Shown: one piece after another, positions 19,646-31,928 of the stretch
How the letters are laid out: each line of letters opens with the position of its first letter
Numbering within the stretch: position 1 is the stretch's first letter
The notes under the pieces: generated by a model
Told to the model about the DNA's origin: nothing
Seen by the model: the letters and a program-made list of their open reading frames with translations, nothing else
Databases searched by the model: none
Made by a program: the position numbers and the translations under genes
Source of the DNA: an uncultured Gemmatimonadales bacterium
Lineage (GTDB): Bacteria; Gemmatimonadota; Gemmatimonadetes; Gemmatimonadales; GWC2-71-9
NCBI GenBank assembly: GCA_963779755.1
Contig: CAVZZO010000001.1
Coordinates: 1,312,001 to 1,376,000 of the forward strand
Direction: 5' to 3'
Length of the DNA: 64,000 nucleotides

Positions 19646-21094
19646 CTAGGTTACGGCCGGGATTCTCTGGTTCCCCGGCATCCAGACCGGCTCCCCGTCG
19701 ATATGCTCCGGCACCGCCACGCCCAGCCAGTGGCACAGGGCGGGGAAGATATCCACCGTCCGGAGCGTTTCCTCCGGCAGCGGGTGGCTGCTCCAGAGCG
19801 GCGTCTGCATGTGAGAGCGGCAGAGGCTGCCGTGCCCCGAGCGGTGCTCGGGGACCTCATAGCGCTTGCGGAAGTCGAAGCCCTCCTCCGCCACCACCAC
19901 CAGATCGCCGGTGCGGGGAGCGCGGAACTGGTCGAGCAGCTGCCAGGCGGCGTCGGGCCACTGACCGTCCCAGGAGGCGGCGAGCCATTCGCGGGCGCTC
20001 CGCACCGCCGCTCCACCCAGCTCGAGCGGGTCGGCGGAGTGCGGGGTATAGCGGATGCCGTCCCCGGTGTGCTCCAGTTGCGCCTCGCCGCGCCGGTTGA
20101 CCACCAGCAGGCCCCCGCGCTCGCTCTCCCCGGCGACGAATGCCACGCCCGGCTGATTGACCAGGGCCTCCACCAGGTCATGGCTGGAGTCGAACGTCTC
20201 CGGCCGGCGCAGCCGCTCGACGGGCCAGCGTGCGTCTCGCCGGGTTCCCGGGCGTGCGTAGACCATGGCTGAGGCGTTCCCCGCGACCATCACCGCGGCG
20301 CGGGGATCCCGCTCCCACAACACCGGATGGGACAGGGTGGGGACGCCCTGGGCGCGGAACCAGTCGGCCAGGTCGAGGTGGATCATCATGGGCGAGGCGC
20401 CGTGGTCGCTGACCACGGCGATCAGCGTGTCTTCCAGTTCCTCCCGCTGCGCCAGCCGCTCGCGTACCAGCGCGATGGTCCGGTCCACCCGCCGCAAGGC
20501 CCGAAGCACGCCGGGCCCGCGCGGATGTTGCTGATGGGTATAGCCGTCGACGGCGGGAAATTGGGCAAAGATGAATCGCCAGGGCCGGTCGAGTTCGCGC
20601 AGCAGGTGCCGGCTCACCGCATTGTCCGAGGGCTGGTGCCACTGCAGATAGTGGGCGGCCGCGCCCCAGAGCTTCCGCTCCAGCCTGGCGGGGTCGCGTC
20701 CGGGCGCGAGCCCCCGCCCCACCGGGGTGAAGATCGCCAGGCTCTCGGGCACCAGCTGGAACAGCGTGGCCACCTGGGGCGAGATATCGCCGTCCAGCAG
20801 ATCGCTCTGGTAGCCGCAATAGCTGCGCACCGCCCCGCGGTCGCGCCACCACCGCCCGCGATAGCGGGTGCGGTCCAGCCAGCGAATGGACGGAATGTTG
20901 CACCGGCCCGGCGTGCACCCGGTGAGGAACGGGAGGTAGGCCACACTGGTCGTGGAGGGGAAGCTGGTAATGGCCCGCCCCCGGCCGCCCGAGGCGGTCA
21001 GCTCACCTAGCGCCGGCAGGTTTCCCCGCGCGAATTCCTCTTCCAGCACGTCCGGCCGGAGGCCGTCCACCAGGAGCAGCAGGCAGCGCTTCAT
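19646..21094 (-). CDS. Alkaline-phosphatase-superfamily nucleotide pyrophosphatase/phosphodiesterase
   Basis: LLVDGLRPD; SFPSTTS; DGYTH; VSDHG; GHGSL. Confidence 0.85.
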   Translation of the reverse strand: MKRCLLLLVDGLRPDVLEEEFARGNLPALGELTASGGRGRAITSFPSTTSVAYLPFLTGCTPGRCNIPSIRWLDRTRYRGRWWRDRGAVRSYCGYQSDLLDGDISPQVATLFQLVPESLAIFTPVGRGLAPGRDPARLERKLWGAAAHYLQWHQPSDNAVSRHLLRELDRPWRFIFAQFPAVDGYTHQQHPRGPGVLRALRRVDRTIALVRERLAQREELEDTLIAVVSDHGASPMMIHLDLADWFRAQGVPTLSHPVLWERDPRAAVMVAGNASAMVYARPGTRRDARWPVERLRRPETFDSSHDLVEALVNQPGVAFVAGESERGGLLVVNRRGEAQLEHTGDGIRYTPHSADPLELGGAAVRSAREWLAASWDGQWPDAAWQLLDQFRAPRTGDLVVVAEEGFDFRKRYEVPEHRSGHGSLCRSHMQTPLWSSHPLPEETLRTVDIFPALCHWLGVAVPEHIDGEPVWMPGNQRIPAVT

Positions 21095-21240
21095 TCCGTT
21101 CCTTGTCCGGTTGATGGATCCCCACCCCGCGCATCGTTTACTCACAGGAGCACGCCGAGTGCGCCGAGGTACGCAGAGAACGACGTTTTATGGTTTCATC
21201 CGGAGAGATCCGGCTTCCGGACGCCGTCCGGGTTGGGATC

Positions 21241-22464
21241 TCAGGCCTGCCAGATGACCCGCCCGCCCCGGAATGCCAACCGGCAGTCGTTGGGGCGAAA
21301 ATGATAAAGCCAGTGGTTTATGCCGGGGGCGTCGATCACCGCCAGGTCGGCCGCCTTGCCCGGCTCTACCGACCCGATCTCCCCCTCCAGCCGCAGCGCG
21401 CGGGCGGCATAGAACGTAGCGCCCTTCAGCGCCTCCGCCGGTGTCATCCGCTGCAGGGTGCAGGCGAGGAGCATCGCCAGCGGCAGATGATAGCTGGGAG
21501 CCGACCCGGGGTTGAAATCGGTTGCCACCGCCACCCCTACGCCCGCACGGATCGCCCGCCGTGCGGGGAACGGCGTCTGCTGCAGATAGAGCGTGGCCAG
21601 CGGCAGGCTCACAGCCACGGTCCCCGCCGCCGCCAGGGCCCGCAGTCCTTCGTCGGTGGCGAATTCCAGATGGTCCGCCGACGCCGCTTGCACCTCGGCG
21701 GCCAGCTCGGCGCCGCCGCCCGCCGTCAGCTGATCGGCGTGCAGCTTCGGCAGCAGTCCGGCCGCCCGGCCGGCCAGCAGGATGCGGCGCGCCTCGTCCG
21801 GTGTGAAGGCGGACTGTTCCAGAAAAACGTCGCAGAAACGGGCGAGCCCGGCGGCACCGATCGCCGGGATCATGCCGTTGATCAGCAGGTCGACGTAGGC
21901 GGCGCGGCGGTCGCGATACTCCGGGGGGACCGCATGCGCGCCCAGGTAGGTCGCCACCAGCCGCTGCGGTGCCGTGCCGGCCAGCTCGCGGTAGAGCTGC
22001 AGGATGCGGAGCTCGGTATCCCGGTCGAGACCGTAACCGCTCTTGCACTCGACCGTGGTGACGCCGAGCCGGGCCATGGCCTGCAGTGTCTCGAGACAGC
22101 GGGCCCGCAGCTCTTCGGTGGAGGCCGCCCGGGTCTGCGCCACGGTCGCCGCGATGCCTCCGCCCGCGTGAGCGATTTCCAGATAACTCCGGCCCAGGAT
22201 GCGCTGCTCGAACTCGTCCGCGCGCCAGCCGCCGAAGGCCAGATGGGTGTGACAGTCCACCAGGCCGGGGATCACCAGGCCGCCCCCGGCGTCCCACACC
22301 TGCCCGCCCGCTATCTGCGGCGGGAGGCCCGACTCCGGCCCCACCCAGCGGATCCGGCCGGCGTCGTCCCAGGCCACCGCCGCGCGGGGGATGGGATGAA
22401 CCGCTCCCTGGCCGCCGTCGGCCCGGCAGGTGGCGAGCAGGCCGATGTTGCGGAGGAGAGGCAT
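21241..22464 (-). CDS. hutI: Imidazolonepropionase
   Basis: PGLVDCHTH; ECKSGYGL; KLHADQL; ATDFNPGS; follows hutU. Confidence 0.95.
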   Translation of the reverse strand: MPLLRNIGLLATCRADGGQGAVHPIPRAAVAWDDAGRIRWVGPESGLPPQIAGGQVWDAGGGLVIPGLVDCHTHLAFGGWRADEFEQRILGRSYLEIAHAGGGIAATVAQTRAASTEELRARCLETLQAMARLGVTTVECKSGYGLDRDTELRILQLYRELAGTAPQRLVATYLGAHAVPPEYRDRRAAYVDLLINGMIPAIGAAGLARFCDVFLEQSAFTPDEARRILLAGRAAGLLPKLHADQLTAGGGAELAAEVQAASADHLEFATDEGLRALAAAGTVAVSLPLATLYLQQTPFPARRAIRAGVGVAVATDFNPGSAPSYHLPLAMLLACTLQRMTPAEALKGATFYAARALRLEGEIGSVEPGKAADLAVIDAPGINHWLYHFRPNDCRLAFRGGRVIWQA

Positions 22465-22469
22465 TCAGA

Positions 22470-22582
22470 CGGTAAGCGGTAAGCGGTGAGCGGTAAGTGG
22501 GGGCGCACTCGGATACCACCGCCTGCCGGTCACGATCACGGTTGCCTCAGTCCGCTCACCGCTCACCGTTTACCGCTCACCG
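22470..22582. repeat. Inverted heptamer tandem repeat (CGGT(A/G)AG)n ... (CTCACCG)n
   Basis: Arms 22470-22500 and 22552-22582; the right arm encodes the last hutU codons and stop (GGT GAG CGG TAA on minus). Confidence 0.85.
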
Positions 22583-24252
22583 TTGACCATCGGAAGATCC
22601 ACCCCGCGCTCCTTCGCGGTCTGGACGGCCAGCTCGTAACCGGCATCGGCGTGGCGCATGACGCCGGTGCCGGGATCGGCGGTGAGGACCCGCTGGAGCC
22701 GGCGGTCGGCCATGTCGGTCCCGTCGGCGACACAGACCATGCCGGCGTGGATCGAGTATCCGATGCCTACGCCGCCCCCGTGATGCAGGCTCACCCAGCT
22801 CGCCCCGCAGGCCGTATTGAGCATGGCGTTGAGCAGGGGCCAGTCCGCGATGGCATCGGATCCGTCCTTCATCCCTTCCGTCTCCCGGTTGGGCGAAGCC
22901 ACTGAGCCGGCATCGAGGTGATCGCGTCCGATGACCAGCGGCGCGCGCACCTTGCCCTTCTTCACCAGCCAGTTGAACCGCAGACCCATCTCGGCGCGCT
23001 CGCCATACTCCAGCCAGCAGATCCGGGCCGGCAATCCCTGGAAGTGCACCCGGGCGCGGGCCTGCTCGATCCAGCGCACCAGGCTCTTCTTCTGCGGGAA
23101 AGTCTCCAGCACCGCCTCGTCGGTGGCGGCAATATCGGCCGGGTCGCCGGAGAGGGCGGCCCAGCGGAAGGGGCCGGCGCCGCGGCAGAACAGCGGGCGG
23201 ATGAATGCCGGAACGAACCCGGGAATATCGAAGGCCCTGGCCATGTCCCGGTGATCCGCCACCTGGCCCCGGAGGTTGTTGCCATAGTCGAACACGATGG
23301 CCCCGGCACGCTGGAGGTCGAGCATCGCGTCTACGTGCACGACCATGGAGTCGAGGACCCGCGTTTCATAGGCGGCCGGGTCCCGCGCCCGCAGCTCGGC
23401 GGCCTGATCGAGCGAGAGCCCGGTAGGGATATAGCCCAGCCGCAGATCGTGCGCCGAGGTCTGGTCGGTGACCACATCGAGGCCAACCCCCCGGCGGACT
23501 ATCTCCGGCAGGACCTCGGCGATGTTTCCCACCAGCCCGACCGACAGCGCCTGGCGCCGTTCACGTGCCTGCTGCACCCGTTCGAGGGCGTCGTCCAGGC
23601 TGTCGGTGAGCACGTCGCAGTAGCCGGTATCCACCCGGCGGCGGATGCGCTCGGCATCCACGTCGACGCCCAGGAACGCGGCCCCGTTCATGGTCGCCGC
23701 CAGCGGCTGGGCGCCGCCCATGCCGCCCAGCCCGCCGGTCACCACCAGCCGGCCGCTCAGCGTCCCGCCGAAGTGCTGCCGGGCCAGCTCGGCGAAGGTT
23801 TCATAGGTGCCCTGCAGGATTCCCTGGGTGCCGATATAGATCCAGGAACCCGCCGTCATCTGGCCGTACATCGTGAGCCCCAGTGCATCCAGCCGCCGGA
23901 ACTCGTCCCAGGTGGCCCAGCGGGGCACCAGATTGGCATTGGCGATGAGCACCCGCGGGGCCTCCTCGTGCGTGCGGAAGACGCCCACCGGTTTTCCGCT
24001 CTGCACCAGAAGCGTTTCATCGTTCTTCAGCCGCCGCAACGTGGCGACGATGGCCTCGAAACATTCCCAGTTCCGCGCCGCCTTGCCGCCGCCACCATAG
24101 ACGATCAGCTCGTCGGGGCGCTCCGCTACCGCCGGATCCAGGTTGTTCATCAGCATCCGCAGAGCGGCTTCCTGGTGCCAGCCCCGACAGGAAAGGCTCG
24201 TGCCGGTCGGGGCTTTGATCGTTGGTGCAGCCGTGCTGGATGGATTGCTCAT
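22570..24252 (-). CDS. hutU: Urocanate hydratase
   Basis: [42 protein letters not shown] 24252. Confidence 0.97.
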   Translation of the reverse strand: MSNPSSTAAPTIKAPTGTSLSCRGWHQEAALRMLMNNLDPAVAERPDELIVYGGGGKAARNWECFEAIVATLRRLKNDETLLVQSGKPVGVFRTHEEAPRVLIANANLVPRWATWDEFRRLDALGLTMYGQMTAGSWIYIGTQGILQGTYETFAELARQHFGGTLSGRLVVTGGLGGMGGAQPLAATMNGAAFLGVDVDAERIRRRVDTGYCDVLTDSLDDALERVQQARERRQALSVGLVGNIAEVLPEIVRRGVGLDVVTDQTSAHDLRLGYIPTGLSLDQAAELRARDPAAYETRVLDSMVVHVDAMLDLQRAGAIVFDYGNNLRGQVADHRDMARAFDIPGFVPAFIRPLFCRGAGPFRWAALSGDPADIAATDEAVLETFPQKKSLVRWIEQARARVHFQGLPARICWLEYGERAEMGLRFNWLVKKGKVRAPLVIGRDHLDAGSVASPNRETEGMKDGSDAIADWPLLNAMLNTACGASWVSLHHGGGVGIGYSIHAGMVCVADGTDMADRRLQRVLTADPGTGVMRHADAGYELAVQTAKERGVDLPMVNGER

Positions 24253-24360
24253 GACGATGCTCCCGGGATGCCGGAAAGGTAATACCGGCGCCCGCGCTCC
24301 CCGGCCCGCGTCGCGCCCGCCGGGAGTGGTCGAAGAGGTCGACAGGCTCGAGGTCAAGCA

Positions 24361-24387
24361 GAACGCCCGCCTGGAGGGCGGGCGTTC
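24361..24387 (-). terminator. Stem-loop downstream of degP
   Basis: GAACGCCCGCC ... GGCGGGCGTTC 11-bp stem; weak U-tract. Confidence 0.55.
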
Positions 24388-24411
24388 CGTTCCGGGGTAC
24401 TGCTCCGGGAC

Positions 24412-25950
<1,539 letters not shown>

Positions 25951-26109
25951 GCGTTGTACCTGTGCTAGAGAAATCGTACGGTTGATTCAATACTAACGGG
26001 ATGCGCGGTCCGCCGTTTCGGTCGCACGGTCAGGAACGCGGAGGCCGGGACGCGCCTCGCGCGCGCCCGGCCCCCGGTCCCACCGCCGAACTGACGGCGG
26101 GCGAACGAC

Positions 26110-28023
26110 TTACTTCTTGGAGTCGTCCACGATTTCGTAGTCGGCCTCGACCACGTCCTCCTTGGGCGCCTCGCCTTCGGGGGTGCCGGCCTCGGGCCGG
26201 GCTCCGCCTTCGGCGCCCGCGCCGGAGCTGGCATAGAGGGCCGAGCCGGCGGCCGAATAGGCCGCGTTGAGCTCGTCCAGGGCCTGGCGAATCCCGTCGG
26301 GCTCGCCGGTCCGGAGCGCCTGCTTGCCGCCCTCGACCGCCGCATCCAGCCGCGATTTCACGTCGGCCGGCAGGCGGTCCACCCACTCCTGGCTGTCCTT
26401 CTCCACCCGGTAGACCAGCCCGTCGAGCTGGTTGCGGGCCTCGATCTGATCGCGCCGGCTCTTGTCGTCCTGCGCGTGGGATTCGGCTTCCTTTACCATC
26501 CGGTCGATCTCGGATTCGTTGAGGCCGCTGGAGGCCTCGATCCGGATCTTCTGCTCCTTGCCGGTGGCCTTGTCCTTGGCCGACACGTGCAGGATGCCGT
26601 TGGCGTCGATATCGAAGGTGACCTCCACCTGCGGCATGCCGCGTGGAGCCGGCGGAATCCCGGTCAGCTGGAACTTGCCGATGGTCCGGTTGTCGGAGGC
26701 CATCTGCCGCTCACCCTGCAGCACGTGGATCTCGACCGTGGTCTGATTGTCCTCCGCCGTGGAGAACACCTCGGACTTCTTGGTCGGGATGGTGGTGTTG
26801 CGGGGGATCAGGACGGTGGTCACGCCGCCCAGCGTCTCGATGCCCAGCGACAGCGGAGTCACGTCGAGCAGCAGGACGTCCTTGACCTCGCCCCCCAGCA
26901 CGCCGCCCTGAATGGCCGCGCCGATCGCCACGACTTCGTCGGGGTTGACCGACTTGTTCGGCTCCTTGCCGAAGAACTCGCGCACCACCTGCTGGATCTT
27001 GGGAATCCGGGTCGAGCCGCCCACCAGGATGATCTCATCCACCTGGTTCGGATCCAGGCCGGCATCCTTCAGCGCCTGCTTCATGGGCGGAATGGTGCGC
27101 TGCACCAGGTCGTCCACCAGCTGCTCGAACTTGGCGCGGGTGAGCGTCAGGTTGAGGTGCTTGGGCCCCGACTGGTCCGCCGTGATGAACGGCAGGTTGA
27201 TGTCGGTCTGCTGCACCGTGCTGAGCTCCATCTTGGCCTTTTCCGCTGCCTCCTTGAGCCGCTGCAGGGCCATGGCATCCTTCGAGAGGTCGATGCCCTG
27301 GTCCTTCTTGAACTCCGCCACCAGCCAGTCGATCAGCCGCTGGTCGAAATCGTCGCCGCCCAGGTGGGTGTCGCCGTTGGTGCTCTTCACCTCGAAGACG
27401 CCCTCGGCCAGCTCCAGGATGGAGATATCGTAGGTACCGCCGCCCAGGTCGAAGACCGCGATCTTCTCTTCTTTCTTCTTGTCCAGCCCATACGCCAGCG
27501 CCGCGGCCGTGGGTTCGTTGATGATCCGCAGCACCTCGAGGCCCGCGATCTTGCCGGCGTCTTTCGTCGCCTGCCGCTGGGCGTCGTTGAAGTAGGCGGG
27601 CACGGTAATCACCGCCTTCTCTACCTTGGTGCCCAGGTAATCCTCGGCGGTCTGCCGCATCTTCTGCAGGATCATCGCCGAGATCTCCGGCGGCGTGTAC
27701 TTCTTGCCCTGAATCTCGACCGTGGCCAGGCCGTTTCCGCCCGGCGCGATCTTGTACGGCACCCGGGAGGACTCCTCCTTCACCTCTTCCACCCGGCGGC
27801 CCATGAACCGCTTGATCGAGAAAATGGTCTGCTTGGGATTGGTGATCGCCTGCCGCTTGGCTACCTGGCCAACCAGCCGCTCGCCGTCCTTGGTGAAGGC
27901 CACGACCGACGGCGTCGTGCGACCTCCCTCGGCGTTCGGGATCACGACCGGATCACCACCCTCCATGACGGCGACCACACTGTTGGTCGTGCCGAGGTCG
28001 ATACCAATGATTTTTGAGGCCAT
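26110..28023 (-). CDS. dnaK: Chaperone DnaK
   Basis: [45 protein letters not shown]. Confidence 0.99.
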   Translation of the reverse strand: MASKIIGIDLGTTNSVVAVMEGGDPVVIPNAEGGRTTPSVVAFTKDGERLVGQVAKRQAITNPKQTIFSIKRFMGRRVEEVKEESSRVPYKIAPGGNGLATVEIQGKKYTPPEISAMILQKMRQTAEDYLGTKVEKAVITVPAYFNDAQRQATKDAGKIAGLEVLRIINEPTAAALAYGLDKKKEEKIAVFDLGGGTYDISILELAEGVFEVKSTNGDTHLGGDDFDQRLIDWLVAEFKKDQGIDLSKDAMALQRLKEAAEKAKMELSTVQQTDINLPFITADQSGPKHLNLTLTRAKFEQLVDDLVQRTIPPMKQALKDAGLDPNQVDEIILVGGSTRIPKIQQVVREFFGKEPNKSVNPDEVVAIGAAIQGGVLGGEVKDVLLLDVTPLSLGIETLGGVTTVLIPRNTTIPTKKSEVFSTAEDNQTTVEIHVLQGERQMASDNRTIGKFQLTGIPPAPRGMPQVEVTFDIDANGILHVSAKDKATGKEQKIRIEASSGLNESEIDRMVKEAESHAQDDKSRRDQIEARNQLDGLVYRVEKDSQEWVDRLPADVKSRLDAAVEGGKQALRTGEPDGIRQALDELNAAYSAAGSALYASSGAGAEGGARPEAGTPEGEAPKEDVVEADYEIVDDSKK

Positions 28024-28365
28024 GCCTTGCTCCCCAGGTTAAAACGGATTCTGAATGCTGCCGGCAGAAGTCCACAGCGCCCCTGCCGCGCTCAACCCTT
28101 CAGAGGGCAAGCCCTATACCTCGATATTCTGCCTATTTGGCATGTTTTGGCAGCTCCGGCGCCGGGTTCTGGCACGCCACGGCAGATCGTGAGGTGGGGA
28201 TCGGTTCCGCAAATTCACGTAGTGAAAAAGGAGTTCCGGGTGACCGTTATCACCGCCTCGGGCGGCGCACTGGCGGTACATCTTGGCACCGACCGCCGCC
28301 GCCTGCGTCCACTCGGCAGGGGGAGCCGTTCTCCCGGGTGGCGTAACCACGAAAGGAGAGGACCC

Positions 28366-28515
28366 ATGCTCTGGACGATCTTCGTCATCCTGCTGGTGCT
28401 GTGGCTGCTGGGGATGGTGACCTCCTATACGCTGGGCGGGTTCATCCACATCCTCCTGGTGCTGGCGATCATCGTGGTGGTCGTTCGCCTGTTGCAGGGC
28501 CGGCGGCCACTCTGA
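28366..28515 (+). CDS. lmo0937-family small membrane protein (49 aa)
   Basis: MLWTIFVILLVLWLLGMVTSYTLGGFIHILLVLAII; strong AAGGAGAG RBS. Confidence 0.88.
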   Translation: MLWTIFVILLVLWLLGMVTSYTLGGFIHILLVLAIIVVVVRLLQGRRPL

Positions 28516-28519
28516 GAGG

Positions 28520-28575
28520 CGGTCCGCCTTCGGGCGGACCGGTTTGCCGCCCGTTCCCTTTGTGGGACGGGCGGT
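28520..28575 (+). terminator. Twin hairpins, the first with a C(UUCG)G tetraloop
   Basis: CGGTCCGCC-TTCG-GGCGGACCG-GTTT, then CCGCCCGTTCCC...GGGACGGGCGG. Confidence 0.65.
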
Positions 28576-28684
28576 TGGCGCGTCTGCGAGGTGTGACCCC
28601 TGCCACCTCCTGCGCGCCGCGGCGGCTCTAGTTTCGGGATAGCAGGCGGCATACCCGCCAATGACTTGAACTCAGGGGGCCGCA

Positions 28685-29155
28685 ATGGCTCAGAAACCGA
28701 GTCGGATGTCCAACGACGAGCTCATGGAGACGCTGCAGAAGCTGGCCGACACCTGCCGCGACGGCGAGAAGGGCTACGCCATGGCCGCGCGAGCGGTGGA
28801 GAACCAGGAACTCGGCGTCATTCTGGACAATTATTCCCAGCAGCGCGCCAGCTTCGTGAGCGAACTCGAAGGCGAAGTGCGCCGGCTGGGAGGCAGCCCC
28901 GGACGGGGCGGAAGCGCTCTCGGCGCGGTGCACCGCGGCTGGATGAACGTGAAGGGCTCCAGCGGCGGAGACCAGGAGAGCAGCATCATCTCCGAATGCG
29001 AACGGGGCGAGGACGGCGCGGTGCGCGATTATCGCAAGGCTCTGCAACGGCCGCTCCCCTCCGATATCCGGACCCTCATCGAACGGCAGTTCGCGCATGT
29101 GCAGGATGCTCACGATCACATGCGGGCACTGGAGCGGGCCTATCAGCATGGCTGA
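28685..29155 (+). CDS. PA2169/DUF2383-family ferritin-like four-helix-bundle protein
   Basis: CRDGEKGY; HRGWMNVK; ECERGEDGAVRDY. Confidence 0.88.
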   Translation: MAQKPSRMSNDELMETLQKLADTCRDGEKGYAMAARAVENQELGVILDNYSQQRASFVSELEGEVRRLGGSPGRGGSALGAVHRGWMNVKGSSGGDQESSIISECERGEDGAVRDYRKALQRPLPSDIRTLIERQFAHVQDAHDHMRALERAYQHG

Positions 29156-29891
29156 GCGCCGCGCCGGCGTCGCACTGGCCCTGATGCTGCTGGTCGGGTG
29201 CCAGGGGGGCGGGAATGCCGGCGAGCATGGCCGGCAGGACAGTGAGCTGGGAGCTTCCCCCGCGGCACTGGTGCGGGTGGTACAGGCGGTGCCGGGCCGC
29301 GCGCTCGATCTGAGCCTGGTGGGCGACGTCACCTTCCGGGACCTGCCCTTCCGGACCGTGACGCCCTATCGCCAGCTGCGGGACAACCAGGCCACCCTGA
29401 GGCTCTGGGCCCCGGGAGACAGTTCGGCGCTGGCCGAGGTGCGCGAGATGCTGGTTGACGGCGAGCACTACACCGTGGTGGTACAGCCTGCTGCCGGCGG
29501 GGGCGCTCCGCGGCTCCGGGTGGTCAGCGACGACCCGTCAGGCTGGGGGGAGGCGCGCAGCTGGGTCCGGGTCCTGCCGGCCCTGGTGGATACCACGGCG
29601 CTCGACCTCACCCTGAACGGCGCTCCGCTGCTGGGCACCATTACCCGCGGCAGTCAGTCCCAGTATCAGCCGGTACCGCCGGGGCGGGCGCAGTTTGCCC
29701 TGGCGCCGAGCGGTGGATCGGGAACGGTGCTGCGGATGCCCGCGGCGACCCTGGTGCCGGGCCACCTGTACACGATCATCGTCACCGGGTCGCCGGGCGG
29801 AGCGCATCCCCTCGAGGCCATCACGGTTGAGGACCGCATGACCCACCCGGATTCGGGCTACGTGGCGATCACCGGCCATCCCGAGCCCTGA
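29148..29891 (+). CDS. DUF4397-like lipoprotein
   Basis: LVGC lipobox; repeated VRVVQAVP / VRVLPALV and YTVVV / YTIIV units. Confidence 0.7.
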   Translation: MAERRAGVALALMLLVGCQGGGNAGEHGRQDSELGASPAALVRVVQAVPGRALDLSLVGDVTFRDLPFRTVTPYRQLRDNQATLRLWAPGDSSALAEVREMLVDGEHYTVVVQPAAGGGAPRLRVVSDDPSGWGEARSWVRVLPALVDTTALDLTLNGAPLLGTITRGSQSQYQPVPPGRAQFALAPSGGSGTVLRMPAATLVPGHLYTIIVTGSPGGAHPLEAITVEDRMTHPDSGYVAITGHPEP

Positions 29892-29902
29892 AGGGAGCCA
29901 TC

Positions 29903-31033
29903 ATGGAGCAGCCTTCCGCGCCCCGGAGGCGCACCCGCCGCAAGGTACGGTATGGCGTGGTTGGCCTGGGCCATATCGCCCAGGTGGCGGTGCTGCCGGC
30001 CTTTCCCCACGCCCGCCGCAATTCCACCCTGGGAGCCCTGGTCTCCAGCGATGATACCAAGCTCCGGAAGCTGGGCCAGCGCTACGGGGTCAAACGGCTG
30101 CACGGCTACGAAGCCTACGACGGTCTGCTCAAGAGCGGCGACGTGGACACGGTCTACCTGACCCTGCCCAACCACCTCCATGCCTCCTACGCCATCCGCG
30201 CCGCCGAAGCGGGGGTCCACGTGCTGGTGGAGAAGCCCATGGCGGTGACGGAGCGGGAGTGCCGGGACATGATCGCCGCCGCCAGCGGCAACGATGTCCG
30301 GCTGATGGTGGCGTATCGGCTGCATTTCGAGCCCGCGAATCTCCGCGCGGCCGAGCTGGTCCGCGAGCGCCGGCTGGGCACGCCCCGGTTGTTCAATTCG
30401 GTCTTCACCCAGCAGGTGAAGGCGGGGGATATCCGGCTGCGGCAGGAGACCGGCGGCGGCACCCTGTACGACGTGGGCGTGTACTGCATCAATGCCGTGC
30501 GCTACCTCTTCGGCGCCGAGCCGGTGGAGGCGACCGCGTTTGCCGGCAACAACGGCGAGGAGCGCTTTCGCGACGTCGATACGTCCATGTCGGCGGTGCT
30601 GCGCTATCCGGGCGATCGCCTGGCCAGCTTCACCGTCAGCTTCGGCACGGCCGATACGTCGGAGTACCGGGTGATCGGCACCGAGGGCGATCTGCGGCTG
30701 GAGCCGGCCTACGACTACAGCGGCGCGCTGCGGCACCACCTGACGGTGGACGGCAAGACGTCGGTACGCACCTTCCGCAAGCGCGACCAGTTCGCGCCGG
30801 AGATTCTCTATTTCTCCGATTGCATCCGGGAGGGGCGCGAGCCCGAGCCGTCGGCCCGGGAGGGGCTGGCCGATGTGCGCATCATCGAGGCACTGCTGCG
30901 ATCCGCCGAACTGGGACGCCCGGTTCCGCTCGAACCGCTGCCGCCCGGTGAGCTGCCCGGCGCGGAGCAGGCCTACGAGGTGCCGGCCGTGGAGAAGCCG
31001 GGACTGGTGCATACCGAATCCCCCACCCGGTAG
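29903..31033 (+). CDS. Gfo/Idh/MocA oxidoreductase (glucose-fructose oxidoreductase-like)
   Basis: GVVGLGHIA; HVLVEKPMA; AYRLHFEP; GGTLYDVGVY. Confidence 0.9.
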   Translation: MEQPSAPRRRTRRKVRYGVVGLGHIAQVAVLPAFPHARRNSTLGALVSSDDTKLRKLGQRYGVKRLHGYEAYDGLLKSGDVDTVYLTLPNHLHASYAIRAAEAGVHVLVEKPMAVTERECRDMIAAASGNDVRLMVAYRLHFEPANLRAAELVRERRLGTPRLFNSVFTQQVKAGDIRLRQETGGGTLYDVGVYCINAVRYLFGAEPVEATAFAGNNGEERFRDVDTSMSAVLRYPGDRLASFTVSFGTADTSEYRVIGTEGDLRLEPAYDYSGALRHHLTVDGKTSVRTFRKRDQFAPEILYFSDCIREGREPEPSAREGLADVRIIEALLRSAELGRPVPLEPLPPGELPGAEQAYEVPAVEKPGLVHTESPTR

Positions 31034-31055
31034 GGGCCGGCGGAAGGAGCGGCAG

Positions 31056-31883
31056 ATGGCGCGACCATTGTGGAGCGGCAGTATCAGTTTCGGCATGGTG
31101 ACCATCCCGGTGCGCATGTTCTCGGCCACCCGCAAGCACGATCTCCGCTTTCACCTGCTGCACGAGCTGTGCGGCACCCGGGTGCGGGAGCTGCGCTGGT
31201 GCCCCACCTGCGAACGTGAGGTGCCGTGGGACGAAATTCAGCGCGGCTACGAATACGCCAGCGACGAGTACGTCCCGCTCAGCAAGGAAGACTTCCAGAG
31301 CCTGCCCCTTCCCAGCCTCCATACTGTCGGCCTGAGCGCCTTCGTCCACGCCGGGGAGATCGACCCGATCTACTACGAGAAGAGCTATGCCCTGGAGCCG
31401 GATGAACAGGGCGAGCGTGCCTTTGTGCTGCTGCTCCGGACCCTGCAGCAGCGCGATCTGGTCGGCATCGGGACCGTAGCCCTGCGCCACCGGGAGCAGC
31501 TCTGCGCCCTCCGGGCCATGGACCACGTTCTCATGCTGGAAACGCTCTTCTATCCGGACGAAGTGCGGGTGGATGCGGCGAAACCGCTGCCTCGCGTGCG
31601 CCTCACCGACGCCGAGTTGACCATGGCGGCCAGCCTGGTGGAAGCCCTCACGCAGCCGTTCGACCCCGCGGCCTACCACGATCAGTACCGGGAAGCGCTG
31701 GAGGAGCTGATCGAGGAGCGGAAGAAGGGGCGGAAGGTCAGCCCGCCGGCTCCGGCAAGCGAGGAAGCGAAGGTGATCGACCTGGCCGAGGCGCTGCGGG
31801 CCAGCGTCGAGGCGGCAAGGCGATCCCGGCAGCCCCACAGCGGCCGCCGTGGGCGGCCTGCCCGCAGGGCCGCCGGCGGCTGA
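31056..31883 (+). CDS. ku: Non-homologous end-joining protein Ku
   Basis: RPLWSGSISFGMVTIPV; IDPIYYEKSY; VIDLAEALRAS; basic C-terminal tail. Confidence 0.93.
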   Translation: MARPLWSGSISFGMVTIPVRMFSATRKHDLRFHLLHELCGTRVRELRWCPTCEREVPWDEIQRGYEYASDEYVPLSKEDFQSLPLPSLHTVGLSAFVHAGEIDPIYYEKSYALEPDEQGERAFVLLLRTLQQRDLVGIGTVALRHREQLCALRAMDHVLMLETLFYPDEVRVDAAKPLPRVRLTDAELTMAASLVEALTQPFDPAAYHDQYREALEELIEERKKGRKVSPPAPASEEAKVIDLAEALRASVEAARRSRQPHSGRRGRPARRAAGG

Positions 31884-31928
31884 CCCGCTCCGGCTGGGCG
31901 GACCGTTTCCGCCCCGGTAGATTAGGGC

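Noticed and set aside
26476..28017. 513-aa ORF antisense to dnaK, and similar long antisense ORFs over hutU, degP, the TonB receptor, ALDH and the nucleotidase
   Set aside because: Expected shadow ORFs of high-GC codon bias; no recognisable motifs.
28024..28365. CIRCE, HAIR or sigma54 sites in the dnaK upstream region
   Set aside because: No TTAGCACTC-N9-GAGTGCTAA match; the TGGCA-containing candidates have wrong GG-GC spacing or lack the TTGC element.
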